A stretch of DNA of 32,000 bases from Synechococcus elongatus PCC 6301 (GCF_000010065.1 NC_006576.1:1350001-1382000); one strand, 5' to 3'; shown: positions 1-8,510, counted from the stretch's first letter. Notes: generated from the letters alone by a model not told the origin. Numbers and translations are program-made.

Positions 1-882
1 GGCTACGACCTCTGCGGCATTTTTGTCGGTTCAGAGGGCACGCTCGGAATCGCCACCGAAGTGACGCTACGACTACAACCACTCCCGCAATCCGTTCAGG
101 TACTGCTTGCCGATTTCAGCAGCATTGAAGCAGCCGGGGCTGCTGTCTCGGGCATCATCGCAGCGGGAATTTTGCCGGCGGGTTTAGAGCTGATGGATAA
201 CTTCAGCATCAATGCCGTTGAAGATGTGGTGAAAAGTGATTGTTATCCCCGCGATGCGGCTGCCATTCTGCTAGCAGAGTTAGATGGTCGCGCTTCGGAA
301 GTTGCGCAGCAAATTCGCGATGTGGAAGCAGTTTGCCGACAACATGGAGCCCGATCGATCGCGATCGCAACGGATGCTGAAGATCGGCTACGACTTTGGA
401 AAGGACGTAAGGCTGCATTCGCTGCTGTCGGACGGATTAGCCCGAGTTACTACGTGCAAGACGGTGTAATTCCGCGATCGACACTGCCCTTTGTTCTGCA
501 TGAAATTGAGCAGTTAGGCCAAAAACATGGCTACCGTGTCGCCAACGTTTTCCATGCAGGTGATGGTAATTTACATCCGCTAATTCTCTACGATCGCAAT
601 GATCCAGGTGCTTTAGAGCGTGTTGAAGCCCTTGGGGGTGAAATCCTCAAGCTCTGTGTCAACGTTGGCGGCAGTATCTCGGGTGAGCATGGCATTGGTG
701 CCGATAAGCGCTGCTATATGCCCGCCATGTTCAGCTCCGAAGATCTTGAAACGATGCAATGGCTACGTCATGCCTTCGATCCGCTGGAACGCGCCAATCC
801 CACTAAGGTTTTCCCAACTCCCCGCACTTGTGGTGAACGAGGATCAGTTAATAGTATTCCAGTCGGAGTTGAGCTTTATTAA
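1..882 (+). CDS. glcD: FAD-linked oxidase, glycolate oxidase subunit GlcD-like, C-terminal part (5' end outside window)
   Basis: Frame 1 is open from base 1 (GYDLCGIFVGSEGTLGIATEVTLRL...). GSEGTLGI, HAGDGNLHP, SGEHGIG and NPTKVFPTPRTCGE motifs are typical of the GlcD/FAD-oxidase C-terminus. Confidence 0.9.
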   Translation, partial: GYDLCGIFVGSEGTLGIATEVTLRLQPLPQSVQVLLADFSSIEAAGAAVSGIIAAGILPAGLELMDNFSINAVEDVVKSDCYPRDAAAILLAELDGRASEVAQQIRDVEAVCRQHGARSIAIATDAEDRLRLWKGRKAAFAAVGRISPSYYVQDGVIPRSTLPFVLHEIEQLGQKHGYRVANVFHAGDGNLHPLILYDRNDPGALERVEALGGEILKLCVNVGGSISGEHGIGADKRCYMPAMFSSEDLETMQWLRHAFDPLERANPTKVFPTPRTCGERGSVNSIPVGVELY

Positions 883-893
883 GAGCTGGAATT

Positions 894-1226
894 TCAGTCA
901 CGGTAGTCCATCACAATCAATGCCAAAAGCTGGGGAATATTAGACTTCACAACCTCCCAGATCAAAGCAAGATCAACTTGATTATAGTCATGAATTAGCT
1001 TGTCGCGCATCCCAGCTATCTGTTTCCAAGGAGTTTCAGGATTACTCTCCCGAAACTCGCGGGAGAGCCGCTTCACGACTTCTCCGATCACAGTGAGTTC
1101 ATATAAAGTAGCGAGATGAGTACGCTTATCTGCTAAAAATTCAGCTTGATCCATATCTTGAGTTAATTCAAGAATGGTTTGACAGGCATTAGCAATATCT
1201 AACAAGTAAGCTTGATCACGACTCAT
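894..1226 (-). CDS. hepT: HepT-like (DUF86) ribonuclease toxin
   Basis: 110 aa with RX4HXY motif (RDKLIHDY). Overlaps the upstream nucleotidyltransferase ORF by 11 bp. Confidence 0.85.
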   Translation of the reverse strand: MSRDQAYLLDIANACQTILELTQDMDQAEFLADKRTHLATLYELTVIGEVVKRLSREFRESNPETPWKQIAGMRDKLIHDYNQVDLALIWEVVKSNIPQLLALIVMDYRD

Positions 1227-1554
1227 AAATAACTTGAGCTGTGCTCAAGATAGCTTCTCGACGAATCCAGTTCAAACTATTCTCAATCGCTTTCTTAGTG
1301 GTCAAGTCAACTTTGCGATGACATAAGTCTTCCAACTCATTTTCCATGCCAATAAGATCAAGCAGACTAACTCTAGCATCAGGCTGAAAAGCAACTAAGA
1401 GATCAATGTCACTGCCAGCATGAAAGTCATCACGCAATATAGAACCAAAAAGCGCGAGTTCACGGATAGCATAACGCTGACAAAACTCCGAGAGCTGATC
1501 AAAAGTAATTGCCAAGCGTTCTTGATGCTGAGGACTGAATGTCGTCGTTGTCAT
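1216..1554 (-). CDS. mntA: MntA-like minimal nucleotidyltransferase antitoxin
   Basis: 112 aa with GSX10DXD motif (GSILRDDFHAGSDIDLL). Directly upstream of and overlapping hepT. Confidence 0.85.
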   Translation of the reverse strand: MTTTTFSPQHQERLAITFDQLSEFCQRYAIRELALFGSILRDDFHAGSDIDLLVAFQPDARVSLLDLIGMENELEDLCHRKVDLTTKKAIENSLNWIRREAILSTAQVIYES

Positions 1555-1591
1555 TGATAATTCACTTGATGCTTAGATAGAAACTTTTGCT

Positions 1592-2221
1592 TCAGTTTTC
1601 TGCAACAACCACCTTCTCTATTGCCTGATCTACTTGCTGAAAAGTGAAGGTGCGATCGCGGCTGTTATCAATCACGATATCGGCATGCTCACACTTTTGG
1701 GCAATCGGCCATTGTGCTGCAAGGCGTTGTTCCGCGGCTGCAGGGGTGAGGCGATCGCGATGGATCAAGCGATCGCGTTGTTGCTCCAGCGGGCAAGCGA
1801 CTACCCAAATTTGCTCGACCCAGTCCTGTAGACCGGCTTCAAACAGCAGTGGAATGACGAGGACAACGATCGGATCTGATTCAAGCTGTGCCAGGTCCCG
1901 CTCAAAGCAAGCGCGGATCGCCGGATGGGTTTGCTGTTCTAACCACTGCCGTTCAGCTGGATCCGCAAAGATGATTGACCCGAGTTTTTGGCGATCGAGC
2001 TGACCATCTGCCAGCAGGATAGATGCCCCATAGCGATCGCGAATCACTTGTAGAACCGGTGAACCGACAGCTACAACCTCACGGGCATAGCGATCGGCAT
2101 CCAGAATCGGTAACTGGTAGCGATCGCGCAGATAGTCCGCCACAGTCGATTTGCCAGTGGCAATTCCGCCCGTCAGGCCAATCCGTCGCCGGACAAAATT
2201 TACGTGGTTTGGCGCGCCCAT
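1592..2221 (-). CDS. coaE: Dephospho-CoA kinase
   Basis: N-terminal IGLTGGIATGKST P-loop, DADRYAREVV, VVIPLLFEAG and CEHADIVIDNS motifs. Confidence 0.92.
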   Translation of the reverse strand: MGAPNHVNFVRRRIGLTGGIATGKSTVADYLRDRYQLPILDADRYAREVVAVGSPVLQVIRDRYGASILLADGQLDRQKLGSIIFADPAERQWLEQQTHPAIRACFERDLAQLESDPIVVLVIPLLFEAGLQDWVEQIWVVACPLEQQRDRLIHRDRLTPAAAEQRLAAQWPIAQKCEHADIVIDNSRDRTFTFQQVDQAIEKVVVAEN

Positions 2222-2994
2222 TGTTCGATCGCCAACAATAGGCCGTCCAAAGTGTACTCCTGTGCCTCAACTTCGACGCGACCCAAGAGTTCCTGACAGG
2301 TGATCGAAGTCTGGGGACCGATGGAAGCGATCGCCACACCCGAGATGCGGGCTGACCAGTCCACGCCGAGATTCGACGCCATCAACTGACAGAAGTTGCG
2401 CACCGTTTTGGAACTGGTGAAGCTAATCAAGTTCAAATGCGCCTGCCGCAAGGCAATCAAGGCATCATCGGGAATCTGACTGGGACATCGCGACTCGTAG
2501 GCGGGCACTTCCACCACGATCGCACCTTGCGACTGCAGGGCTTGAGTAATCTGCTCACGGCCGCCGGTTTCAACGCGTGGGAAAAGCAATCGTTGACCGG
2601 CAACAGGCTGAGGAAAATGTTCAACCAACGACTCAGCAATAAATTCCGGCGGGATGTAATCTGCCTTACCACCTTGAGCAGCGAGAACTTGAGCGGTTTT
2701 CTGACCGACAACCGCGATCGCGCAGGGAACATCGCTCCAGCTTTTTTGCTGTGCAGCTAACCGCTGTTGCACGGCTTCAACGGCATTGGCGGAGGCCAAA
2801 ATCAGCCAATCAAAGTCTGCGATCGCCGCGATCGCCTCATCTAGAGGCAGCCAAGAGCTAGGCGGCCCGATTTCTAGGGTCGGCATCTCGATCACGGCTG
2901 CGCCAGCGGCCCGCAGTTGTGCGGCAAAGGGCGAAGATTGCCCCGCGGCTCGCGTCGTCAAAATGGTTTTACCGATCAGCGGCTGCTCAGCCAT
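2200..2994 (-). CDS. hemD: Uroporphyrinogen-III synthase
   Basis: TILTTRAAGQ N-terminus, LTFTSSKTV-like segment and position directly after cobA. The ORF extends to 3042, but ATG at 2994 (MAEQPLIGKTIL) gives an 8-bp overlap with the cobA stop. Confidence 0.85.
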   Translation of the reverse strand: MAEQPLIGKTILTTRAAGQSSPFAAQLRAAGAAVIEMPTLEIGPPSSWLPLDEAIAAIADFDWLILASANAVEAVQQRLAAQQKSWSDVPCAIAVVGQKTAQVLAAQGGKADYIPPEFIAESLVEHFPQPVAGQRLLFPRVETGGREQITQALQSQGAIVVEVPAYESRCPSQIPDDALIALRQAHLNLISFTSSKTVRNFCQLMASNLGVDWSARISGVAIASIGPQTSITCQELLGRVEVEAQEYTLDGLLLAIEQWARQTT

Positions 2995-3718
2995 CGTAAC
3001 GGTAGTGCGCCCAGTACTTTCGCAACCGTACCACCTCGCCAATCACAATTACGCAGGGCGATAACGGCTGATCGCCCCACTGCTGCGCCATGCGGCTGAG
3101 GCTACTTTCCAAAACGGTCTGCTGTGGATGTCCGGCCCACTGAATCAGCGCCACAGGACTATCCGGCGATCGCCCATGCCGAATCAGCTCGTGGCCAATC
3201 GTCAGCAAGTGGCGACTACCCATCAGCAGAATCAGCGTTTCCAGTTGCGCCAGCGCTTCCCAATTCAACGCGTCTGGCTCATGGACGGTGTAAACCGCAA
3301 AGCCACGGCTCAGCACCGGATCGGTAATCGGAATGCCCGCCAACAGTGGAGCCGCTAAAGCGGTCGAAAGCCCGGGCAGGACAGCATAATCACAGCCCGA
3401 TCGCTCCAGCGCATCCAATTCACTGGCAGCGCGACCAAAGACAAAGGGATCGCCACTTTTGAGGCGGATGACTTTGCGCCCTTGCTGGCAGTGCTCGACC
3501 AGTAGTTGATTGATAGTGGCTTGCGGCGTACTCTCCGCGCCACCGCGTTTACCCACGGCAATGCGATCGCAATTAGCTGGCACTAAGTCGAGAATTCGGG
3601 GGTCGATCAGCGCGTCGTAGATCAACACCTCTGCTGACTGCAAACATTGCTGTGCCTGCAGCGTCAGATATTCAGGGTCGCCCGGCCCAGCGCCGACGAG
3701 ATAGACTTTGCCCGTCAT
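2987..3718 (-). CDS. cobA: Uroporphyrinogen-III C-methyltransferase
   Basis: GKVYLVGAGPGDPEYLTLQA, VIYDALIDPRIL and IRLKSGDPFVFGR, canonical SUMT motifs. Confidence 0.93.
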   Translation of the reverse strand: MTGKVYLVGAGPGDPEYLTLQAQQCLQSAEVLIYDALIDPRILDLVPANCDRIAVGKRGGAESTPQATINQLLVEHCQQGRKVIRLKSGDPFVFGRAASELDALERSGCDYAVLPGLSTALAAPLLAGIPITDPVLSRGFAVYTVHEPDALNWEALAQLETLILLMGSRHLLTIGHELIRHGRSPDSPVALIQWAGHPQQTVLESSLSRMAQQWGDQPLSPCVIVIGEVVRLRKYWAHYRYDG

Positions 3719-4926
3719 AGCCGAATTCCCATGGCTTGCAGCCGCAGTTCTAGCCGTTGCGCCTCTGGTGAGCCCTGCTGCTCATAGCCCGCGATCGCCT
3801 GTCGAAAGGCTGCGTAACTGGCTTCCAGTTGTCCGACCTGGAAGAGGACAGCACCCAAATTTTGGTAGAGGCTGGGATCGTTGGGATCGAGCTGGAGTGC
3901 CTGCTGATAGGCAGCGATCGCCTCCGGATAGTTACCGATTGCGCGAGCTGCGAGTCCCAAAGCGGTTAAGGCAACCGTGGCTTGCGGAGCAGCGGCCACA
4001 GCCTGACGTGCTGCATCATAGGCCAGCCCCAGCTGCCCACGATCGCGGTAGAGATGCGAAAGGTTAACCCAAGCGCCAAGCTTGTGAATTGCGTCCACTG
4101 GCTCTTGCAGAGCCGCTTGATAGCGATCGATCGCCGCATCCAAATCACCCTGCCGCCGTTCCAACAGCGCCAAGTGATAGAGCAACTCATAGCGAACGGC
4201 CGGTTCTGGACGCCCCTGCTTCAGTCCTTGTTTAAGCCAGCGTTGTGCTGCTTTCAAATCTCCTTCTTGAACAAGCAACCCGCCCAGCTTGCTGCAGAGG
4301 TAGGCATCTTCGGGATGATCGGCCAGCCATGTTTCGAGACTTTGCCGCATCCGTTCTGCCGTACCCCGCTGTTGCAGGCGATCGCGGCCATAGCCGTAGT
4401 GCCGAATCACCGGTGTCGGCCAAGCCGTAATCCGCCAGTTGGGTTCCTGTTGTTGCAGGGCAAGGAGGCTGTCATCGACCAACTCGTGATAAGGCCGCTG
4501 GAAACGAATGTCGGGTCGATTGCGAAACAATCGCGACAGCCGCGAGTAGGGCACTTGTCCTGCTTGGGTTTCTTCGCGCAGAACCGTAAAGGCGAGGGCT
4601 TCGGGTTGATCCAGTTGCGATCGCAATTCTGTCCAAGCTTCTAGGATCAGTTCCTCATCAGCATCCAGCACTAAAATCCAGTCGCCCGTTGCTGCAGCAA
4701 TCGCCTGATTCCGCGCTGCGGAGAAGTCGTCAGCCCAATCGGTGTGGAGCAACTTGGCACCGGCTTCCGTGGCAATTGCTGGCGTGCGATCGCGGGAACC
4801 CGTATCCAGCACAATCAGCTCATCGACCTGGTCTTTCACCGAAGCCAGACAGCGGGGCAGCAATTCCGCCTCATCGCGAACGATCATGCAAAGGCTGACT
4901 TGGGCCATTGCCGCTCCGAGGAACAT
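3715..4926 (-). CDS. Family 2 glycosyltransferase with C-terminal TPR repeats
   Basis: SLCMIVRDEAELLPRCLASV...DELIVLDTGSRDRT (GT2) followed by TPR-like repeats (NYPEAIAAYQQALQLDPNDPSLYQNLGAVLF). Start may be ATG at 4908. 4-bp overlap with cobA. Confidence 0.87.
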   Translation of the reverse strand: MFLGAAMAQVSLCMIVRDEAELLPRCLASVKDQVDELIVLDTGSRDRTPAIATEAGAKLLHTDWADDFSAARNQAIAAATGDWILVLDADEELILEAWTELRSQLDQPEALAFTVLREETQAGQVPYSRLSRLFRNRPDIRFQRPYHELVDDSLLALQQQEPNWRITAWPTPVIRHYGYGRDRLQQRGTAERMRQSLETWLADHPEDAYLCSKLGGLLVQEGDLKAAQRWLKQGLKQGRPEPAVRYELLYHLALLERRQGDLDAAIDRYQAALQEPVDAIHKLGAWVNLSHLYRDRGQLGLAYDAARQAVAAAPQATVALTALGLAARAIGNYPEAIAAYQQALQLDPNDPSLYQNLGAVLFQVGQLEASYAAFRQAIAGYEQQGSPEAQRLELRLQAMGIRL

Positions 4927-5025
4927 CTAGGATTACCTTACGGTGAGATGCTCAGTGACTCCAGCCCTAGACAGGTTGCGATCGCGAACTCACAGGAATC
5001 TCGTAGTGAAGGAGTCCCCAAGCGA

Positions 5026-5907
5026 ATGGCAGTCTGGCAGTGGCGAGGACAGGCGATTCGCTATCAGCAATTTGGCAGCGCAGGAGCGCCAGTTCTGCTG
5101 ATTCATGGCTTTGGTGCCAGCAGTGACCATTGGCGGCAGAACAGTCCGGTTTTGGCGGAGCAACAGCGGGTCTTTGCAATTGACCTACTCGGTTTTGGAG
5201 GTTCCGCCAAGCCCCAGCCCAGTCAGGACTTGCCCTATCGGTTTGAAACTTGGTCGGCCCAGGTTCGCGACTTTATCCGCGAGGTAATTGGGGAACCAGC
5301 CGATTTGGTAGGCAATTCGATCGGCTGTGTGGTGGCGCTGCAAGCCGCTGTCGATGAACCTGCGCTCGTGCGATCGCTCGCGCTCTTGGATTGCTCCCTG
5401 CGTCTCCTACACGAGCGTTATCTGGCGCAGTCCGCCTGGCCGCGCCGTTTTGGGGTGCCAATTTTCCAGCAACTCCTCGCTTGGAAGCCGTTCGGAGGCT
5501 TCTTCTTCCAACGCTTGGCTCAACCGCGATCGCTGCGTCGGATTTTGCAGCAGGCCTACGCCGACAAAACCGCCGTCACTGATGAGTTGATTGAGCTGTT
5601 ACTCGCTCCCGCCCGTGATCCGGGTGCGGTGGATGTTTTCCTAGCGTTTGTCACCTATTCCCAAGGGCCGCTACCGCAGGATTTGCTGCCGTTGGTCACT
5701 TGCCCAACGTTGATTCTCTGGGGAGAAGCGGACCCGTGGGAGCCGATCGCCCAAGGACGGGAGCTGGCAAACTATCCTGCCGTGCGTGAATTTATTGCGC
5801 TACCGGGCGTTGGGCATTGCCCGATGGATGAAGCCCCCGATCAGGTCAATCCGATCCTGCAACGCTGGTTGCAAACCGCAGCCAACCCGGCCCCTGCAAT
5901 TCCCTAA
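5026..5907 (+). CDS. Alpha/beta hydrolase
   Basis: VLLIHGFGASSDHW, nucleophile elbow GNSIG, and a late GVGHCPMDEAP His motif. ATG 5026 is preceded by AAGGAG; ATG 4948 is the alternative. The ORF-track start at 4744 overlaps the divergent gene and is unlikely. Confidence 0.85.
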   Translation: MAVWQWRGQAIRYQQFGSAGAPVLLIHGFGASSDHWRQNSPVLAEQQRVFAIDLLGFGGSAKPQPSQDLPYRFETWSAQVRDFIREVIGEPADLVGNSIGCVVALQAAVDEPALVRSLALLDCSLRLLHERYLAQSAWPRRFGVPIFQQLLAWKPFGGFFFQRLAQPRSLRRILQQAYADKTAVTDELIELLLAPARDPGAVDVFLAFVTYSQGPLPQDLLPLVTCPTLILWGEADPWEPIAQGRELANYPAVREFIALPGVGHCPMDEAPDQVNPILQRWLQTAANPAPAIP

Positions 5908-5918
5908 CTCAACTCCCA

Positions 5919-6401
5919 ATGGATGCTGCAATGAGTCTTCAGCCTTGGCAAATGCCTGAGATTCAAGACTGGACCCAGATTCTGCTGGATAGCTATGAGC
6001 AGGGTCTAGGGCGATCGCTGATTCCTCGCAATACTGATCGCCTAGAAGAGGCAGAAGCCCTGTTCAAGGTGCCTTTCGTGGTGGTATCGCACAACGGCGC
6101 GGCCGATCCGCTGCTCAACTATGGCAACCAGACCGCGTTGGATCTCTGGGAGCTGGAATGGTCACAATTTTGTGGGCTGCCCTCGCGCTTGACAGCCGAA
6201 CCCGATCAACGAGAAACGCGATCGCAAATGCTGAGTGACGCGCTAGCTAAGGGCTATATCGACAACTACAGTGGCATCCGCATCAGTAGCCAAGGCCGCC
6301 GCTTCCGTATCGATCGCGCCACTATCTGGACGCTCCGTCAGCCCGATGGACAACCCTGCGGTCAAGCTGCAACGTTTACGGAGTGGTATTTCCTCGACTA
6401 G
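5919..6401 (+). CDS. MEKHLA-domain protein
   Basis: 160 aa; VVSHNGAADPLLNYGNQTALDLWELEW resembles the MEKHLA domain. ATG 5931 is an alternative start. Confidence 0.75.
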   Translation: MDAAMSLQPWQMPEIQDWTQILLDSYEQGLGRSLIPRNTDRLEEAEALFKVPFVVVSHNGAADPLLNYGNQTALDLWELEWSQFCGLPSRLTAEPDQRETRSQMLSDALAKGYIDNYSGIRISSQGRRFRIDRATIWTLRQPDGQPCGQAATFTEWYFLD

Positions 6402-7126
6402 CCGAGAGGCTTCTGGCTGGGCAACCCCACCATGCGCGGATAGGCTGCCGGCGTCTGCGCCGTTTTCTGGAGGGTGATGCAGTGTCGCTCGGCACCGCTC
6501 TCCGGCAGGAAGGTAGCCGACACATCCACTACTTCACCACCAAGGATGGTAACCGCCCGATCGAGGGCGATCGCTTCTTCCTCCGTCCATTGCCCACGAT
6601 AGAGCACGGCTTTGCCGCCGATCTTGAGCAAGGGAAGACAGTATTCAGCGCAAACCGTCGCAGGGCCCACAGCTCGAATCGTGGCCCAGTCGTAGCGCGC
6701 CCGTTGCCGACGATCGCGCCCCCACTCTTCTGCTCGTCCTACCGCTACTGTCACATTCGACAACCCCAGCTCTTGCGCCAAGGTTTGCAAAAACTGAATC
6801 TTTTTACGGGTGGAATCGAGCAGCATCACCCGACTCTTGGTCAAAGCGATCGCAGCAGGCAGTCCTGGGAAACCTCCACCGGTACCGATGTCGATGATCT
6901 CGCCGCTCCAATCATCGGTGAGCAAAGGACGCAGGCCATACAGCGAGTCCCAGAGATGCTTTTCAGTAAACTCAGCCGGATCAGTGATGCGCGTTAAATT
7001 CAGCCGCTGATTGCCTGCAATGATGCCGTGGTAGAGCGCTTCAAACTGCTGCTGTTGCTGTGGTGAGGGCTGCCACCCCAAGGTCTCAGTCCAATTTCGA
7101 ACATCCAGGGCAAATCCAGAGGTCAC
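6398..7126 (-). CDS. rsmG: 16S rRNA (guanine527-N7)-methyltransferase
   Basis: QRLNLTRI, DIGTGGGFPGLPAAI and LLDSTRKKIQFLQ motifs of RsmG/GidB. Confidence 0.93.
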   Translation of the reverse strand: MTSGFALDVRNWTETLGWQPSPQQQQQFEALYHGIIAGNQRLNLTRITDPAEFTEKHLWDSLYGLRPLLTDDWSGEIIDIGTGGGFPGLPAAIALTKSRVMLLDSTRKKIQFLQTLAQELGLSNVTVAVGRAEEWGRDRRQRARYDWATIRAVGPATVCAEYCLPLLKIGGKAVLYRGQWTEEEAIALDRAVTILGGEVVDVSATFLPESGAERHCITLQKTAQTPAAYPRMVGLPSQKPLG

Positions 7127-7246
7127 AAGCAGGAGCCACGCAATGCCTTCACTCTACGGCGATCGCTCATTCCCTTCCAAGCCAGCGATCGTTCGCATGA
7201 GTGATGGATCGCCGGCTGGAGGGGGGTTCTGGTCCCAGTCTTAAGA

Positions 7247-7384
7247 TTAGGCAGAGTGGGTTGGAGGCTCACTGTAGGGCTGTACGCCAATCTCTGGAAT
7301 TTCTTCAGCTGGAGTAAAAAATCTGCCTGCAGCTTCCGACAGGAAGTGAATGACAGACTTGAGGGCCGCTTTGACTTTACGCAT
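7247..7384 (-). CDS. Small 45-aa hypothetical protein (not in the supplied ORF track)
   Basis: Translates as MRKVKAALKSVIHFLSEAAGRFFTPAEEIPEIGVQPYSEPPTHSA. GGAGG lies a few nt upstream of the ATG (minus strand CTCTCGGAGGTGAGCGGTTATG). Confidence 0.7.
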   Translation of the reverse strand: MRKVKAALKSVIHFLSEAAGRFFTPAEEIPEIGVQPYSEPPTHSA

Positions 7385-7620
7385 AACCGCTCACCTCCGA
7401 GAGTGAGAGTGATTTGAGCCAGAACTAACAGGTTTACCCCAAGATCCCCGCTCACTTTACAAATCGGAGATGATCCGTGATCAGAGGGGGATAGAGGCTC
7501 ACTTCCAGATTAGATTCTGTCTCTCAATCTCGTGGGGATCGCCTATCTTTCTTCATAGAAATCTTTATCGACAGCCCTGACTGCAAGGCGCGATCGCCCG
7601 ACATTTAGGGCAGAAGCCGT

Positions 7621-7626
7621 TAAAAT
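7621..7626 (+). promoter_or_regulatory. Putative -10 element (TAAAAT) for the J-domain gene
   Basis: CCGACA (7598-7603), 17-nt spacer, TAAAAT (7621-7626), upstream of ATG 7688. Consensus match by eye only. Confidence 0.35.
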
Positions 7627-7687
7627 ACAGGCTGTTTCATTGCAGCACTACCCCTGCGTGTCTGCCTCTCCTTCTGCTGACTCTGCA

Positions 7688-8245
7688 ATGGTAACCAGTC
7701 CAGACTATTACGCACGTCTTCGCATTCCTTCCAGTGCCAGCGATCGCGATATTCGGCAGGCCTATCGTGAGCTGAGTAAGCAGTACCATCCCGACACGAC
7801 CACACTGCCTTTGCCAGCAGCACTGCAAGAATTCCAAAAGCTGCAAGAGGCCTACGCCGTCCTTAGTGATCCCGAGCGCCGCCGACTCTACGACTTTCAG
7901 CTCGAGCAACACCGCTGGACGACATCCCGTGCTGCTGCCCTGCCCAACCCCAGTCCTCGCCAGCCACGGGTGGCCACAGTCACTAGTGATCGTGAGCGCA
8001 CCCTCTCAGCAGGAGAAATTTTCGCTCTGTTTTTGCTGTCGCTGACCGTTGTCGGCTGTCTCGTGCTCACCATTGGCTTAGGACTCCTGCGGGGTGAGCA
8101 GCTACTGCAAACGCCCAGTTGGTTCCAAGTCACCACTCCCGCAGCCGATGTTCAGGCGATCGCCCTGCCCGACTCCGAGCCTGCCGCGATCGAAACGCCC
8201 GCTCTTCTCGCCCCCACTAGCAATGACAACCCTGCCGCTTCCTGA
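7688..8245 (+). CDS. J-domain (DnaJ-like) protein with one predicted transmembrane segment
   Basis: DYYARLRIPSSASDRDIRQAYRELSKQYHPDT...LSDPERRRLYD is a J domain with HPD. Hydrophobic segment IFALFLLSLTVVGCLVLTIGLGLL. The ORF is open from 7640, but ATG 7688 starts just before the J domain. Confidence 0.85.
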   Translation: MVTSPDYYARLRIPSSASDRDIRQAYRELSKQYHPDTTTLPLPAALQEFQKLQEAYAVLSDPERRRLYDFQLEQHRWTTSRAAALPNPSPRQPRVATVTSDRERTLSAGEIFALFLLSLTVVGCLVLTIGLGLLRGEQLLQTPSWFQVTTPAADVQAIALPDSEPAAIETPALLAPTSNDNPAAS

Positions 8246-8498
8246 AACACCGCTCTACAATCACAGCCTGCCTGCGATCGAAACTTGGTTGCGGGATTTG
8301 GGCAGCATTCAGGATTTGGAAGCTCTCAACTGCTGGAGTCTTCGGCACACTGACTGGTCTGCCGAGATTGAGCTGGGGACGGATCAAATCGTGGTGTGTT
8401 ACCGATCGGCGGGCGAAGCAGGGCAGGATCTCACTCGCGCCTACAAATATTCCCTCAGCCGCGCTGATCTCGAAGCTGTGATCCTCGGTGGCCCCTAG
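8223..8498 (+). CDS. Conserved cyanobacterial small protein (DUF3143-like)
   Basis: 91 aa from ATG 8223: MTTLPLPETPLYNHSLPAIETWLRDLG... The start overlaps the 3' end of the J-domain gene by 23 bp. Confidence 0.7.
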   Translation: MTTLPLPETPLYNHSLPAIETWLRDLGSIQDLEALNCWSLRHTDWSAEIELGTDQIVVCYRSAGEAGQDLTRAYKYSLSRADLEAVILGGP

Positions 8499-8510
8499 TC
8501 AGGTCTGGCA

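Noticed and set aside
3982-4644. 220-aa plus-strand ORF antisense to the glycosyltransferase-TPR gene
   Set aside because: No domain signature. The opposite strand has a clear GT2 and TPR reading frame.
4744-5025. N-terminal extension of the alpha/beta hydrolase ORF
   Set aside because: The extension overlaps the divergent glycosyltransferase gene and lacks fold motifs. ATG 5026 with AAGGAG upstream (or ATG 4948) is more plausible.
7123-7455. 110-aa minus-strand ORF overlapping rsmG start by 4 bp
   Set aside because: The ATGA-type overlap is tempting, but the sequence has no recognisable motif. The 45-aa frame inside it has a good ribosome-binding site and a more protein-like sequence. Rejected in favour of that frame, with some uncertainty.
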